Program-made: the position numbers and the translations under genes
Notes under the pieces: model-generated
What the model was told of the DNA's origin: nothing
Databases searched by the model: none
The model's input: only the letters and a program-made list of their open reading frames with translations
DNA from: Raillietiella orientalis
Taxonomy: Eukaryota
Reading direction: 5' to 3'
Assembly (NCBI GenBank): GCA_036172245.1
Contig: JAYWIR010000010.1
Location: forward strand, 1,178,001 to 1,242,000
Length of the DNA stretch: 64,000 nucleotides
Shown here: positions 51,220-63,529 of the stretch, piece after piece
Numbering within the stretch: position 1 is the first letter of the stretch
How the letters are laid out: every line of letters begins with the position of its first letter

Positions 51220-51801
51220 AAAGCAGAAGAGAAAAAAACATGGTAATGGCTGAATTCAATCCAATCCAAGGAGGAGAAAAAAGAGAGGAGATTTGCAGAA
51301 ATTCGAATTTTCCCGTATGGAATCTGAACTTTTCATCTTCGAAAACAACTGAAAGCAAGAAGGAAAATGAAGCTGAAAAATGAAGCTTAACAGTCAGGAT
51401 GAGTACGGTTAGGTACTTTCTTCTTTTTTTCCAGTTTTCCTATCGATATTTTGATACTTGCTGAACGATCATAATTCTGAATAACTATTGCTATAGATGA
51501 CACCGATTGATCGTGAGGCGTTCATACTAAAAGGTTTAACTTTGGTTAACTGTAGCAAGTATTAGAGCAATTGAGATATATATTTACCGTTCAGGGGGAT
51601 TTCAACCCTTCTATGCAGCAGCTGAACCCATGGTTTGGCTCATGAGAAGACGTGAGAGATAGTCAACCGAGTATCTCTACGACATGCAGTCCCAGTGGCG
51701 TGGAGGTGTCTGGGGCCTATTTTCCGGCTTCCATAGGACCCTCTCCGAGCGCGTTCCGGGGTGACGATGGGCCGAACCCTGGGATGGGTGTTGGATGGAT
51801 G

Positions 51802-51978
51802 GATTTCTTCAGGAATATCGCTGAATAGCTCCTCCATTTCTGTCGCAGATTTGAAGTGGTGTTCAGTGGTGAGCTTCTTTCTGTTATTTTCCAGAGCACA
51901 ACTCCCCTCTGATATACACGTTAATATAGCGTAAGCTTCATGGTCAGACCTATTTGGAAAAAACACATCGTTCATTGC
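51802..51978 (-). pseudogene. dnaE: Bacterial DNA polymerase III alpha subunit fragment (PHP domain), Wolbachia/Rickettsiales-like nuclear insertion
   Basis: [59 protein letters not shown] matches DnaE ATNDVxF..DxEAxDxLxCI..G......R.....HYFKSxxEMxxLFxDIPEAI. Internal fragment only. Confidence 0.88.
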
Positions 51979-51982
51979 ATCC

Positions 51983-52192
51983 ACTAATGAGGTGCTGATG
52001 TGTCAGGAAATGTTGCAATCCATAGGCTTGCGTCACTTTAATCCTCAAGTGAATTCATGTCCTGGATGTGGACGTGCAAGTAGCGGCCGTTTTTCTGAAA
52101 TAAATAGTTATATAAAAGCTAATATGCCTGTGTGGAAGGAAGAAAATCCAGGTGTATAGCGGATGAATGTTGCTGTCATGGGGTGCATAGTG
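51983..52192 (+). pseudogene. ispG: Bacterial HMBPP synthase (IspG/GcpE) C-terminal fragment, Wolbachia/Rickettsiales-like nuclear insertion
   Basis: My translation: [69 protein letters not shown]. It contains the IspG 4Fe-4S motifs SCPGCGR and VAVMGCIV, with an in-frame TAG at 52157-52159. Absent from the ORF track. Confidence 0.92.
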
Positions 52193-52899
52193 ACTAGTGC
52201 ATGCAGAAGCGTGCAGGGGTCACCAAGACGCATGTGGTTCTGTTCTGTTCTGCAGTCCAGTTGATGGGACGTCAGGTGCTCGCAGCTCACCGGCCGCTTG
52301 GTGCAGACGCCCCCTCCGTCGTGCCGTTCTCTTCGCCGCGCACCTTTGGTGGAAAGGAAGCAAAGCCCAGTGGGCTGTTCTGACAGTCGTTACTGCCAAG
52401 ACGCGAAACGAAGGCGCCGCAAGGCGGGAAGCACGGGCTTCACGAATACTCGCTTTACGCGGGCTCTGGGTTCGGGACGTGAAGCGGGGAAGGAGACCCC
52501 AAGGACAGGAGAGAACTGTCGAAAGTGGAGACAACAAGCAGGAGAGGAAGCCTCGGCCTCCCTCAGCGGAGAGAACTGACAACACGAAGCAGGACTTTCC
52601 AGACTGCGGGAAGAGGGAAAGGGAATCCGAGAGCCAACCGAAACTGCCGAGACAAAAGACATGGCTGCGAGAGTGTCTCTGTTTTTCCGATGACACGTTC
52701 CCCAGGAGGAGGGAGGCTTCCCAGTGCGAGACGTCGCAAGGAAGCTGCAAGCGGGTTAGGAGGATAAAGAAGTGGATAAAAAACAAACAGATCGGGGGAG
52801 ACAGAAGGGACATCCGTTGGTTGCAGTGCGTCTTCCGTAGTCTGCCCAAGATCCTGGAGACGTGATCCTTCAATTTCCTAACCAGGATGAGCACCTGGA

Positions 52900-53720
52900 A
52901 AAGAAGGAGGGATGAACACGTCGCTACCCTTTTTGGGGTGGAGGAGTTGCGCAGACGGCTTCCTGAGGTTGCTGGCTCAACTTCAGAGAGCCCACACTAT
53001 GCCGCGGACGCTGCACAGAGCTGCGGCCCGGGCGGCAAGGGGAAGATTGGTTGCTGTGAGTGTAGAAGAGTCGCAGAAATTTCCTAGGGAATGTCCTCCG
53101 GATGTAGCAGGACTGCGGCTCTGTACAGTAAGGGCACACTCGACGTTTCTCCGCATTGTATTGCTCCAGGAAAAAAAAAGACTTTTCCAAATATTCCAAG
53201 AAGCGGATAACGGGCCAATCCGTGGAGGAAGAAGGCATTCGTGGAATCCGGTCGGAGGCAACCGGCAATTTATCAGACTTTCACCTCTGCTAAAGTTTGG
53301 TATTTCGTTAGCTCAGACGGAAACCACTTCAGGCCGAATGGCTTTCCCAGAATATTTGCACGCCTCTCAGATGTCCAGCACCAGCAGTTCAGGTTCACCA
53401 ATCTTCGTGGTAGCTTCCTTCATTCGTCTCAATGGCCTCTGTACAGGGAACAAAGATGCGCCTTTGCTAAGATTTGCTGAGAGCCTGGCTACGGGGCACG
53501 AGTCGTAAAACACTTGTTTGCACCAGGCCGTTCCGGGACGTTTGTTCTGGAATTTGTTCATTTGGAAATTGCCACAGAAAAGGGCGAGAAAAACCCATTC
53601 CTCCATGGTGAGAATGCAATGCCCACCACATCGGCACGAGTCCAGGAGACGCTTCTGCTTGCAAGACGACTGCCCATAGAGATCAGCGCAGGGAAATTTG
53701 GGAAGGGGGTAAAAAAAATT
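52900..53720 (+). mobile_element. Decayed gypsy-type integrase remnant
   Basis: HVATLFGVEE...GCCECRR (HHCC-like), YFVSSDGNHFRPNGF..F...DVQH (~IVSDNGxxFxSxxF..F...GIxH), RLNGL (~QSNGL). Confidence 0.4.
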
Positions 53721-53751
53721 GACGCAAAAGAAGCAGTTTTTTAAGCTCCGA

Positions 53752-54301
53752 GGGAAGGGAACCAAAATCTAGGATCGCAGTTTATATATTTATTTCACAA
53801 AAACTTATTAAATATAAAAATATATATTAGTATATATAATAAGCGTATATATCTATCTTTATGATCTTTATTATATAATAGCAATATAATAGTACATATT
53901 ATTAATTGTATTATAGCAATGCAATCACTAATATGGATGGCATAGTCCACATGGTACACATTGTATAACTGTAATACAATTAATACACCATGAGTATTAA
54001 CATTAATTGTATTAATTACATTTACTAATATATGCTTAGTATATATCAAAATATGTATGATTAATTGTATCAATAATATGTCTGTTAATGAATATTAATT
54101 GTATGCATGTTTAAATAATATTGATATTCATAGTATGTATGTTATTAAAAATTCATAAGTACGTACGTTAAAATAAATTTGTATATTGATCTATGCATAT
54201 ATGAGCATATATCTTTATTTTTTATACTCTTTATCATATATGTTAACCTACGTATAAACACATGTATATGATCTTTCAAGCTCTCGAGATTTGCTATTTC
54301 G
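53752..54301. mobile_element. AT-rich foldback/MITE-like family, copy E
   Basis: Reverse complement of 54170-54230 (taaaaaataaagatatatgctcatatatgcatagatcaatatacaaatttattt) matches the family arm; the right end tgatctttc..gagat..tttcg resembles the right end of copy B. Confidence 0.6.
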
Positions 54302-55439
54302 ATGGGCACCGATTCCTTCTCCCGCTTTCCCATCTGTGCAGCCGGAACACTTCGATGTCTACCTGGTGTCCGCTGACGAGCGAATCCTGAGAAACACGGG
54401 TGACCCCCTCTGTCGCGCCAATCTCTGTTAGGGCACGTGGGACGGCCGGCGTCTCCCGGTCCGCAAGGAACCCGCGCTCTCCTTCTGACAGACGTGTGAG
54501 CCACCATCCCGACCTGGGGGGAAATGGGCTCCGAAGTCTTCTGCGGAACCACTCTTGTCACCGAACCTTCCAGATGCTGGGAGGGGCTGCTCTTACGAGG
54601 AGTTTCTTCCTGCCACGTGCGAAGGATGGGACCCTAAGCAACCCGGACTCCTGTCCTCAAGCCCCAGCACCGCCTTCTTGTTTGCTTCCACATGGAGACG
54701 GAGTGCTCCCGCATCCGCCTTCGCTTCACGAATTTCCGCTTTTGAACCTTCAGCACGAGCAAGGTGGTGAGTTCCTTTATCCGCGCTCCGATTCGCTTCT
54801 GAAAATCATCATCCCTATGGTGGCTCACCAAGCACTCACTCATGCTCATGTTTCTTGCCATGCTGTTGCAGGATTGATCTCTTAGAGCATGGTTATGGGC
54901 GCTTCTTTGGTGGAACGCGGTCATAACCGGAAAGCAGCGGAAGACGGAATGGAGGTCGGCGGGGGTTTCTGCTTGGAAGCGGCTGTATACTGAAAGGACT
55001 GACTCGGGCCATGCTGCCACAGCCCACGTTCCGTGGATCCGTCGACAGACGAGACGTGCCTGTGGTGCAGAAACCATCGCTTCGTGCTGACTCTGGACGC
55101 TTGGAAACCTCCAAGAAACCCACGACGGCTCTGATCGAGCAGGCCGTGAGATTTCCTTGCAACTTGCGTGAACCTGCCACACTCCCGATTCTCATCTCCG
55201 TCGTATCAAAGGAGGCTTTGTTAGTGGACAAGGTGTGGGCCGAGCAGGAAATGCGGAGCCCCTTAGAAGATGTGGAATCCGTTCGACCCTTAAGAAGCAT
55301 CTGCGAGGTGTGCATTTCAGGAATTCCTACCGAAAACCTTCACGAGTTCCAATCCCAGGTCTTTGCTGTTTCTTTCCTTGAATGCCTTATTTCCGGCCAT
55401 GGGGACAGAGAAGTGAGAGTCCCGCTGGGAAGTTGCGTA

Positions 55440-57600
55440 TCATGTATTCGGTGACCCCAGAGAGCACAAAAAGCTCTGCAATGTCCATCGGAAGGCGTTT
55501 TCACGATGGCAAGCCAATGTCAAAGAAACAGCTTCGGATCTTTGGGAAGTGCCCCTTGCCTGAAGGTTAGCAGCTTCGCTTTTTCAAAAAACAGCGTTAG
55601 CATGGACAAAGCCAAAGTCTTCCTAATTTTACCCACTGATATATGCTATCTTGGTGGCTCGGACTGTAGCCACACATTGCTTGATCTGTTTATTTACATT
55701 GCATACCAGAGCACCAGCCCTGTATGTAGTTGGTACCTCTCTGACCTCCGCGTTCATCTTTCAAAGACAGTTCGGTTACCTCTCCTTCTCTAATGTCTTC
55801 AACATGAGCCGCGCACAAGATCTGGGAGTTTGGAGCTCGGCTTCCTTGATGAAGGAGTTGAAACTTCCTGGCAATGGATTCAAGCAGGCGCAGCAGCAAC
55901 TCACTGAGTCCGCAGCTATATTCTTCTACCTCAGGAACACGCCAGGAAGGGCCTTGAAATGGAGGAGGAATTGCAGGGCAGCATTGCAAGAACAAATCAA
56001 TGAAACCCAAAACGCTTGATGGACGGTCCAGAGAGTTATAAGAGGAAAGCTCTCATCAGGGGCATAAGTTTCGACTCGACACCCTCGAAGGTACCCAAGT
56101 GGACGTCGTGACTCACCACGATGGGCCTCAAGTTGTCCATGAGCATCAAATTTTTGCGTCTTTCCCATAGGAACATCTGAAGAAAAGTTCTAGGTATAGG
56201 AGGAAGCTGCCTATCCATGCAATGCCTCCCAGTATAAAGATGATTTTGATAGAAGCTGTGGATAACGACAGCATGAGTTGTGCTGATTTCTTGAAATCAC
56301 ATATGAAGCTCAAAATAAAGTCTTTTAAGGACACATCTGATTGAATACATCAGTGGCGTCAAAGAAGACTCGGTGTGTGTGCTCTACATGAAGCACTCCG
56401 TCCTGCTGCCATCTTTCAACTCGATCATCACACATGGACCGCTGTCGCCGCTACCATCAGTTCGTTTGGAAATCCTTGCCATCTGGAGTACACATGAAAA
56501 TGCTGGTTGACAACCAAGATGCCTCAAACTCGTATTTTTAGTTGTTCTTCAACTTTGTGAGAGTCAGATGCTGCTCTAACAACCCAGTCAGCAGAGATAA
56601 CGGATGTTCTTTGAGGGTTGCTATGAACTTATTGATAGCACCGCTACCATGATGAAAACTTTAAGGTGCAATAGCGCACTTTTGCATTACCAAGATGAGA
56701 AGTAGGAAATCCACAGGGTACCCCTAAAATGGCTCGCTATCTCCATTCTGGAACTGCGAGTTCGACTGAAACGTTCCGAGCTCTTCGTTTTTTTTTTCCT
56801 TCTGCGGGGAACATTCGCAAGACAGATACACGTAGATAAGGTAAACAGCGCTCCTGTTTACAGCAGCGAGAACTCATGGATGCTTTTCCGCATCACAGTC
56901 CAAGTGAGCTCTGCCACTTTGACAGTAAAAGGTTGTCATGAACGATCCAGGAGAATGTAATGCATTGCTTGCGGAAGATTATGGATCGTGATCACAGAAA
57001 TGACGATTTTTGATGACGTTGCCCCGAAATATGCAATGCCGCATGCAGACAAATTGAGAGGAATATCAGTTCACTGTTTCAGTAAGTAATGAAGGAGCCA
57101 TTCCAGCATTATAAGAGTCATTTTTATGATGACTTCTCCATTGCAAAAGGAAATTTTAAAATTCCTTCCTTCCCAGTGAGTAAAGGTATCGAGGCAGAAT
57201 GCTGCAAAAGCAGAACTTGCGAACTGTCAGGGATCGCGTGAAAGAATCGATGATAACACGTCGAAGAGTGGGATGCAACTAGGAAGGATCTCGGTCCTGC
57301 GGTGGTGCTATTTCGCTTTTCGAACTCTCTGGCAGAATTCTACTAAAAGGATCTGAAGTCCATCTGCAACCACTCCGTCCAAGTGCTTGCAGCCGGAATT
57401 TCCTAACTGATGGCGTTTCGTGTCACTTTGTGCAGGAATCGGTTCCCATATGGTGCTCGTGCACGGAGAATGACCATTTGCCTGTGATTCCACGTTTTGT
57501 TTTCGCTTCTAACACGATGACATCCCAAAACACTTGTCGTACATCCAGCTAGGGCCATGGCAGCGTAACAATTTGACCTAAGGGAAGCCATGCCGATATT
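55440..57600 (-). mobile_element. Decayed LINE (CR1/L2-like) ORF2
   Basis: Minus, in order: PLSLL (~RPISLL), NQHF (~NQHGF), DFKKS..GGIAWIGSFL (~DFxKAFD..WIxSFL), FLWERR, YAPDE (~YADD), YSPSHQDSI (~WSP....I), KLLTFRQ (~LxTLxxRR), FF...*KRLPMDI (~WNxLP). Confidence 0.55.
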
Positions 57601-59399
57601 AGTACAGTCGGTAACTTGCCTGTCGAACTGGGTGCATCGATGAGAGGGTGCATCCTGTAGATTTTTTCCCTACTTTTAGAGCGTGGCGAGTTCTCTGGAT
57701 AGACCAGTCTCAGGCATCAGAGAGATCTAAAATGGCGCGCGCGACTTCTTTTGCATTCCGTTTACTACTTGTAGTTTTGCTTGGAAAATCACAGGAAACT
57801 GCATAACGGGGGGGGGGGGTTGGGAGTCATGGAAACATGGCATGCAAAGAAGGAAAACTTTGAGCGCAAGGCGCAGTACAGCTTGCAGGCAGGGGCACCC
57901 TCAATGAGGAACTGGCGTTATTCTAGAGAACGCGTCATCGCAAGGTCGCTTAATTACTGCACGACATCCTTCTTTATCGTCAAGTCACGTTCCAAAAGCC
58001 ATCTACTCGTATCCGTGTTTTTGAGCAAGCGTTCTTTGTGCTCTTAAAGAGTCCAAATGCATGCGTCTGTTCTGGTTAAGATCACAGAACTCGGAATCCC
58101 CGCTATGCTCAACTGATATGGCTTTGAAAAAAAGCTGCAGAAACTCGACAAGAATCTCTGCTGAAAGGGAAAGAAAGGAGTCGCTCGCGTTTCCTGTAAA
58201 AAAAAAAATAAATAAATAATTCTGCAAGGAGTCGTTCCTGTCTGTCCGCGAATCTGCACCACATCTGGAGTCTCAGCCGCCATCGAACGGCTGATCAACA
58301 CAGCCTTCGAATGCTTCAGGATCTTCAGGATTGCAGATAGCGGATCCGCCGGTCCAGAACGTGTTTCCGACAAGGCGAGTTTCAGTTAATTGAGTTTCAA
58401 TCCGCCTCCTCTCCTTAGAGAGCACGGATTGCAGATGCAGAAAATGAACAGCAACAGCCACACCTTCGTTTCGACCATCACGAAACGGAACTTCGACGCG
58501 AGCCACAGGATGCACAGCTCCCAGGAAAGCGCCGTGGCTCAAACTGCGTGGGGATTCTGAGTGGCAACCGGACATTCGAATGGCAACGTGTGTTACTGCG
58601 TTCGAACTTTGCCCCTTCCCCCCAATTCCCGATATTTCACTCAGGGAAACCCGCAACGTTCGATTTTCGATGGGGTAAGGAATTTGCGAGGTCGATCTGG
58701 GTTCGTTCCTTCAGACAGTGGTTCCGCGGGTTTAACGATGTCGTCTTATTTTTCCCTATTTTCTGAACATCGAGGATTTCCTGGACCTCACGCGCACACC
58801 GCCCCCACAACGTGAAGCTCCATGAATGGTCACATTTTGCGCACCCCTTTTGGCAGAATAGGATAGAATGACAGGATACAGCAAGCTACCCAGCATCGAG
58901 TCGATCCGGACGTTACCTCCGGGACTCGTGTCTTGCCTTGCCAGAAATCATGGGGAAACGGATGATCATCTTTGCGCACTCTGCGCTTCAATGATTCTCA
59001 GGGGGCTTCATTAGAGATCAAGAGTGAAGTCACGGCTCAGCACGGTTGCAAGGCGCATGAAACAGGAAGCTATGAAGTTCTTGAACACCGTGGGAGAACA
59101 CGGTGGAAGATATCTAACGAGGCATTCAAAACATCTTCCCGGATGATCCCATCGATGAGGTTCTATTGACAGGCCTTAACGCAGGAGGAACTCAGGAAAC
59201 CTCTTCTACAAAGCAAAATGGCAGCACCTCTCTTCTTGGAAATGAAAAAAAAAAAAAAAAAAACGGCGCTTCCGATAGAGGCACGAGTCCACTATCTTTC
59301 GAAATATTCGGCTCGTCGCTTTCGGATTCCAGTCCGCGCCGGAGGTCACGTGGTCACGTTCTCCGCTGGTGGCACCACCAAGCGTCTCGGGTTCGAATA

Positions 59400-59732
59400 C
59401 TCGGAAAGAAATCGACTCCGAGAGATGGGAGGTGCGTCGTGGGTTCGAGTTCCTCCCGCGAGATGACGCCGGTCGGCCTGCATTCATTCGGGTGCGGCAC
59501 CGGTGGCTGTTCAAACCGGATGCCCCCGATGAGTGGCCGGGATTGAGAGTCGACCTCCGGGTTCATCTAGGAAGCAGAATCAAGGAGCGGGTAGTTCCCC
59601 TGCGGTTGTTCAAAGGAGCGGCGGACCGCTCTTCTCCCGGGGGACGTTCCGCGTCGTATCATGGAGCTGGTGTGGTACCTCTCCAGAGAGTGCAGAGAAG
59701 CGCGCAGCTCCCTTCGGGAAGCGCCCTTCTGA
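59400..59732. repeat. Copy of the GC-rich repeat family; 59497-59732 is a near-identical inverted copy of 63765-64000
   Basis: 236-nt ungapped alignment with 9 mismatches by my count. The ORF track shows near-identical peptides 59533..59841(+) and 63689..63964(-). Confidence 0.92.
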
Positions 59733-59949
59733 CGGCCGCCAGCTGCCAGCTGGAGGCCGTGTCGGAGGAGCGTCGGATCGTGGGAGGTGGATGCCAAGCG
59801 CTCACTGCGTTGAGGAGTGTTCTCTCTTCCTCCTCCGCTGATTCGAGCCGAAACTCGAGAGAGCTGCCATTCCCCGGTGGGCCGGCGGAGCACGCGGACG
59901 ACCCCTTCGGGCTTAGAAGGATGCTGGAAATTATGCGGGCGGTGCTGCT

Positions 59950-60350
59950 CGCGAGGCTGCCCTAATGGGTTTCCCTTGGGCCTGACTACCTCTGCCCTCT
60001 GCCTCTACCCAACCGATTCTCTCCTAGAGACCCGAGTTGCGCGGGGGGGGGGGTAGATGCACACCTTGAACTCTCCTTTCTGCGAGGGCGCAGCGTTCCA
60101 TCCATCACCTCCTCTCATCCGCTGCGCAGCTCCCACGATACGTGTCGACGCAGGTTTGGAGCGGATGTCCTCCAGCTGCCTGAAAGATGAAACGAGTGGA
60201 GTCTGGTGCGGTGGTAAGGGATCTTGCGACTTCCCTGTGTGATAGAGGGGGCGGAGGTGCAGCATCTTCGTCGTGAGGGCAGTCCCCTTTCCCCCTTCCC
60301 CATCCCTTTCCACGTATGGCTAGCTTCCATGAGGGAAACAAGGTATTTCT
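59950..60350 (+). mobile_element. DIRS-like YR C-terminal remnant
   Basis: VVRDLATSLCDRG (~HEVRAxATSLAxxR) at ~60210-60250. Confidence 0.3.
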
Positions 60351-61949
60351 CAGGCCGGAGCTGGTCGCCTGGCCCTGCAGAGGACTCCTACACACCTCCA
60401 CTCTTTCACCTGGTGGCAGTACGACAGCATGTAGCCCCCGGCTACATAGACGCACGGCTCAGTCTCGGAAGGGTTCGTTCTGCAAGTGGCAGGGTCCACT
60501 ACGCGGTGCTACTCTTTGCCCCGCGGGAACACGGTGGACGGCAGGAGACGGTTCCTGATTCCGTCTCTGGGTTACTTGGCTCCCGTCGTTTCGCCGCCCA
60601 AGGCGCCTCCTCCACGGGAGGCATCATTGTGAAGGCTGGCAAGGCTTTTCAACTTCTGGCCGGCCGGCCCCCGCTGCAGATGCGCGGATAGTTCGACGAG
60701 CCTGGGACCGTGATGGTTGGCCTATGCAGACTTCCCGAGAGAAAGGGAAAGCACGTCCACACGCTACTGAGGACTGATGAGACGCTTGTCCTGGAGTCTT
60801 CTTGGCTTTTCTCTGATGCTACTGACAATCACCCACCTTTGCTAGAGGACTTCGCCATTTGTTATCAGTGCTGACCTTGAGAAAGGGAGAAGAAAAAAAA
60901 AGAGCAGAGAGAGAGAGAGAGAGCGGGTGGGTGGGTGGGTGGGGTGGATTGTAGCGTAGAATTATCATCTGTTCTTGAACAACTTCTGAAGCTTTTTATT
61001 TCTGAGTTCCTGAGCACGTTGGTGGGTCCCTTGCCCTGTGAAGTTACCAATTCGAAGGCAAAGTTGTGCAGGTGGAGGCGTGAGGTCCGCTCCCCCTCCT
61101 TCCTTTCCTCACATGCATCGCAGAATTCGTCCTTCCAGCTTCCTAGCAAGCTCTCGAGCTCTGTGGCACATCGTAGGAGTCCATGGGGCAATTAGTCGAC
61201 AGGGGGTCGCCCGTGACAAAGGGCGGAGAGTGAATCCTCCACAGCACCACGCTCGCTGCGAGAGGCGCCGGGCCTGAGCTCTCTTGAGTCCTCCGTCGGT
61301 GAAGTGGCGATCGCTGGTCGTGTTCCCTGGCACATGGTCTGTGTGATCGACCTGCTCCGCTGGAGCCGCTGGTGCACCTATGCTTCCCAAGGTGCACCAG
61401 CGGCGGCCCGGAAGCAAGTCGCTCTTGGACCTTTTGCTTTAGGAGGCAAACCGCCCAGAAATACGCACCAGAGGGTGCAAGTCCTTCTCAGCACCCGATC
61501 CTCGAGAGTCGCCCAAGGCCACAGTTGTCTGTTGAACCGCAGCTAGGTGAGGAAGGCCCGTTACCAACAGTTCTTCTCATCTCTCCCTTTGTCTCTCAAC
61601 GGCTTTCTGTTGGCTTTGAAGGTGCGGTCTTTGCGCGCAGCCGGGACCCACGCCAAAAACCAGGTGCTTCCCGGCTAGAACGCTCCGCATTTCTTTGCCC
61701 CTTGCACCTCACGGCCTCGACTCTCAGCTCCGATAGGGATTCCTCGTCCAGCAGGCGGGTCCAGAGTGCGTCTTCGGAAAGTACTTTCGGTCTCCTGGAA
61801 CCCCTCAAGGCTTTCCGAAGAAGGTCATGAGTCTTTCGATTCCCCTTGTAGTACGCGAACAAAAAGTGGGCGTCAGACGAGAAGGTGCAACAAGCGCTTC
61901 ACGCTGTAGTGCGCTCTCAGACTTCCCTCTCAGAGCCAGATCGCCTCTG

Positions 61950-63470
61950 CGCTTCCCGTGGTCTCCCGCCCGTCGTCCTTGGCTTCACCGTCGCACCCTT
62001 GAAAGTACTCCTCAATGCTATTTCCCTTGACTACTTTAGCAAGTCGCTTGGGCCAGACACTGAGTTCTAATTGGGATCAGAGACCAAGGGTATCGTGTTC
62101 TTCTTCTCCTCAAGGATCACTGGTGCCGTTTCGCTTCTCACACTTTTGGACGAGTCCCGATGTTATGCCTCCAGGACAAGCTTGCAGATCATTAATCAGA
62201 CCACCCTCCAGCCATGGTGAGAAGCAGACAGGAGTCAAGGAGGTCGATGCTCTCTTCTCGCGAATGGGGATTGATGAGGCAAAGGACGTCCGTCGCCGGC
62301 TAGAGAAAGGAAAGAAGAAATTTTGTGTTCCTCAGCGAGGATACTATCTCGTCCGCGCAAGTGGCCTTGCTTCTCCCCAATTGGTCTAAGGAGATGATCT
62401 TCAACTGGAAGCGAAGGCAGGGCTGCCGATACTTGCTGATCCGGTCCGACGTTTCCATCGAGAAGAAACAACCTTGGTCGACGAGACCGAAGCTTGCACT
62501 CCGTCAGCTCATCTCGAAGTCTCCTGTCAGGCGTGGCGGCGGACCGTCGTCTACGGAGCTTCTCTGAGTCCGCCGGCACTTTGATTAACGTTCAAGTAGC
62601 CTGCTGAGATGATGGCACCGTCGAGGACGGGATTTCCGATCTTGCACTTTCGCAAGGAGATGCACGTGACCGCGTTTGTTGGCGCGTGGTTCGTACCCTT
62701 CTCCAAGGAAAAAAGTGGACGCTTCCGGACCGCGACATGCACACACGCGGGCAGACCTTCCGGGGATAGTAGATGCAATCTCGTTCCTTATGAGTACATC
62801 AACACGTCCTTCCTGAGTCTCGTACAGCTGTAGGCGAAGAGCTGAGATCCCAAGGAGTGATCTGGCTCCACAGAGACATTTCGGAACGATTCACAAGTCT
62901 CCTGTTTACACCCTGTCATCTTGGGACGTTTGTTCTAGTTCAGTTTGTTTACGCATTGAAAGTCAAAAAATAAAAAATAAAAAAAAGGTCATTCAAACTC
63001 TGTGCCCTTCCGAGGAATGGACTGCAACCTCTTTTATAGTTCAGTGAAGCTACCATCACCTCGAAGGGCTACGGGTACACCCCAAGGTCAGTAAATTGCA
63101 TCCTGTATATTTTTCTCCTCTACAAACCGTCCGATGGTGTAGAATTCAACGCAGCAATGGCGACCAACAAACCTTCTCAACAGGCTCGATTTTCCTAGCG
63201 TACATTTTCCAGTGTGCTTTCCACCTTCGTCGATAAAAAATGGAGTCACTCACTCATGGGCAAGTAACATTCCGTTCTGCAAGGCCCTGGACAACCTCCT
63301 TCAGAATCCCCAAATTTCTTCTCGCGTGTGAGATTCTCGATTGGACCAAAAGGATGAATATCCTACAAGCCCGGGTCCGACCCGAGGAGAGAGTAGGTGC
63401 TCTGCAACCTGCCGGTCGTTCTTTTGCCACAGTGGGCGAGCGTGCGTGTTCTTGTATGCGTTGAAGCAAG
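61950..63470 (+). mobile_element. Decayed DIRS-like RT/RNase H
   Basis: RLGQTLSSNW (~GRLxxFxxxW), GSLVPF (~GYxIPF), KEVDALFSRMGIDE (~EVxxLLxKGAIE), GYYLV, GLPILAD (~GxRPILD), YIN (~HINxLEL), EILDWTKRMNILQARVRP (~ILxWxxxxxIxLxAxHIPG). Confidence 0.6.
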
Positions 63471-63529
63471 GCAAGGAGGTCCTGAGCTTGTCTCTCCGAT
63501 TCCAACCTTTCCAGTCCGAAAAGGTAGGG

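Noticed and set aside
51405..51470. DRKTGKKEEST on minus resembling bacterial SSB
   Set aside because: Flanking residues do not match SSB and stops interrupt the frame; likely a chance product of an A-run.
51650..51725. HDV-like ribozyme resemblance on minus (acctccacg...gtcgtagag...gacta)
   Set aside because: P3 cannot be closed and P1/P2 pairings could not be assigned.
51640..51984. ORF 51640..51984 as a functional 114-aa gene
   Set aside because: Only the first ~60 residues are DnaE-like; the rest is read-through into unrelated flanking DNA.
60774..60800. CTGATGA-GAC-loop-GTC hammerhead-like start
   Set aside because: No GAAA follows stem II.
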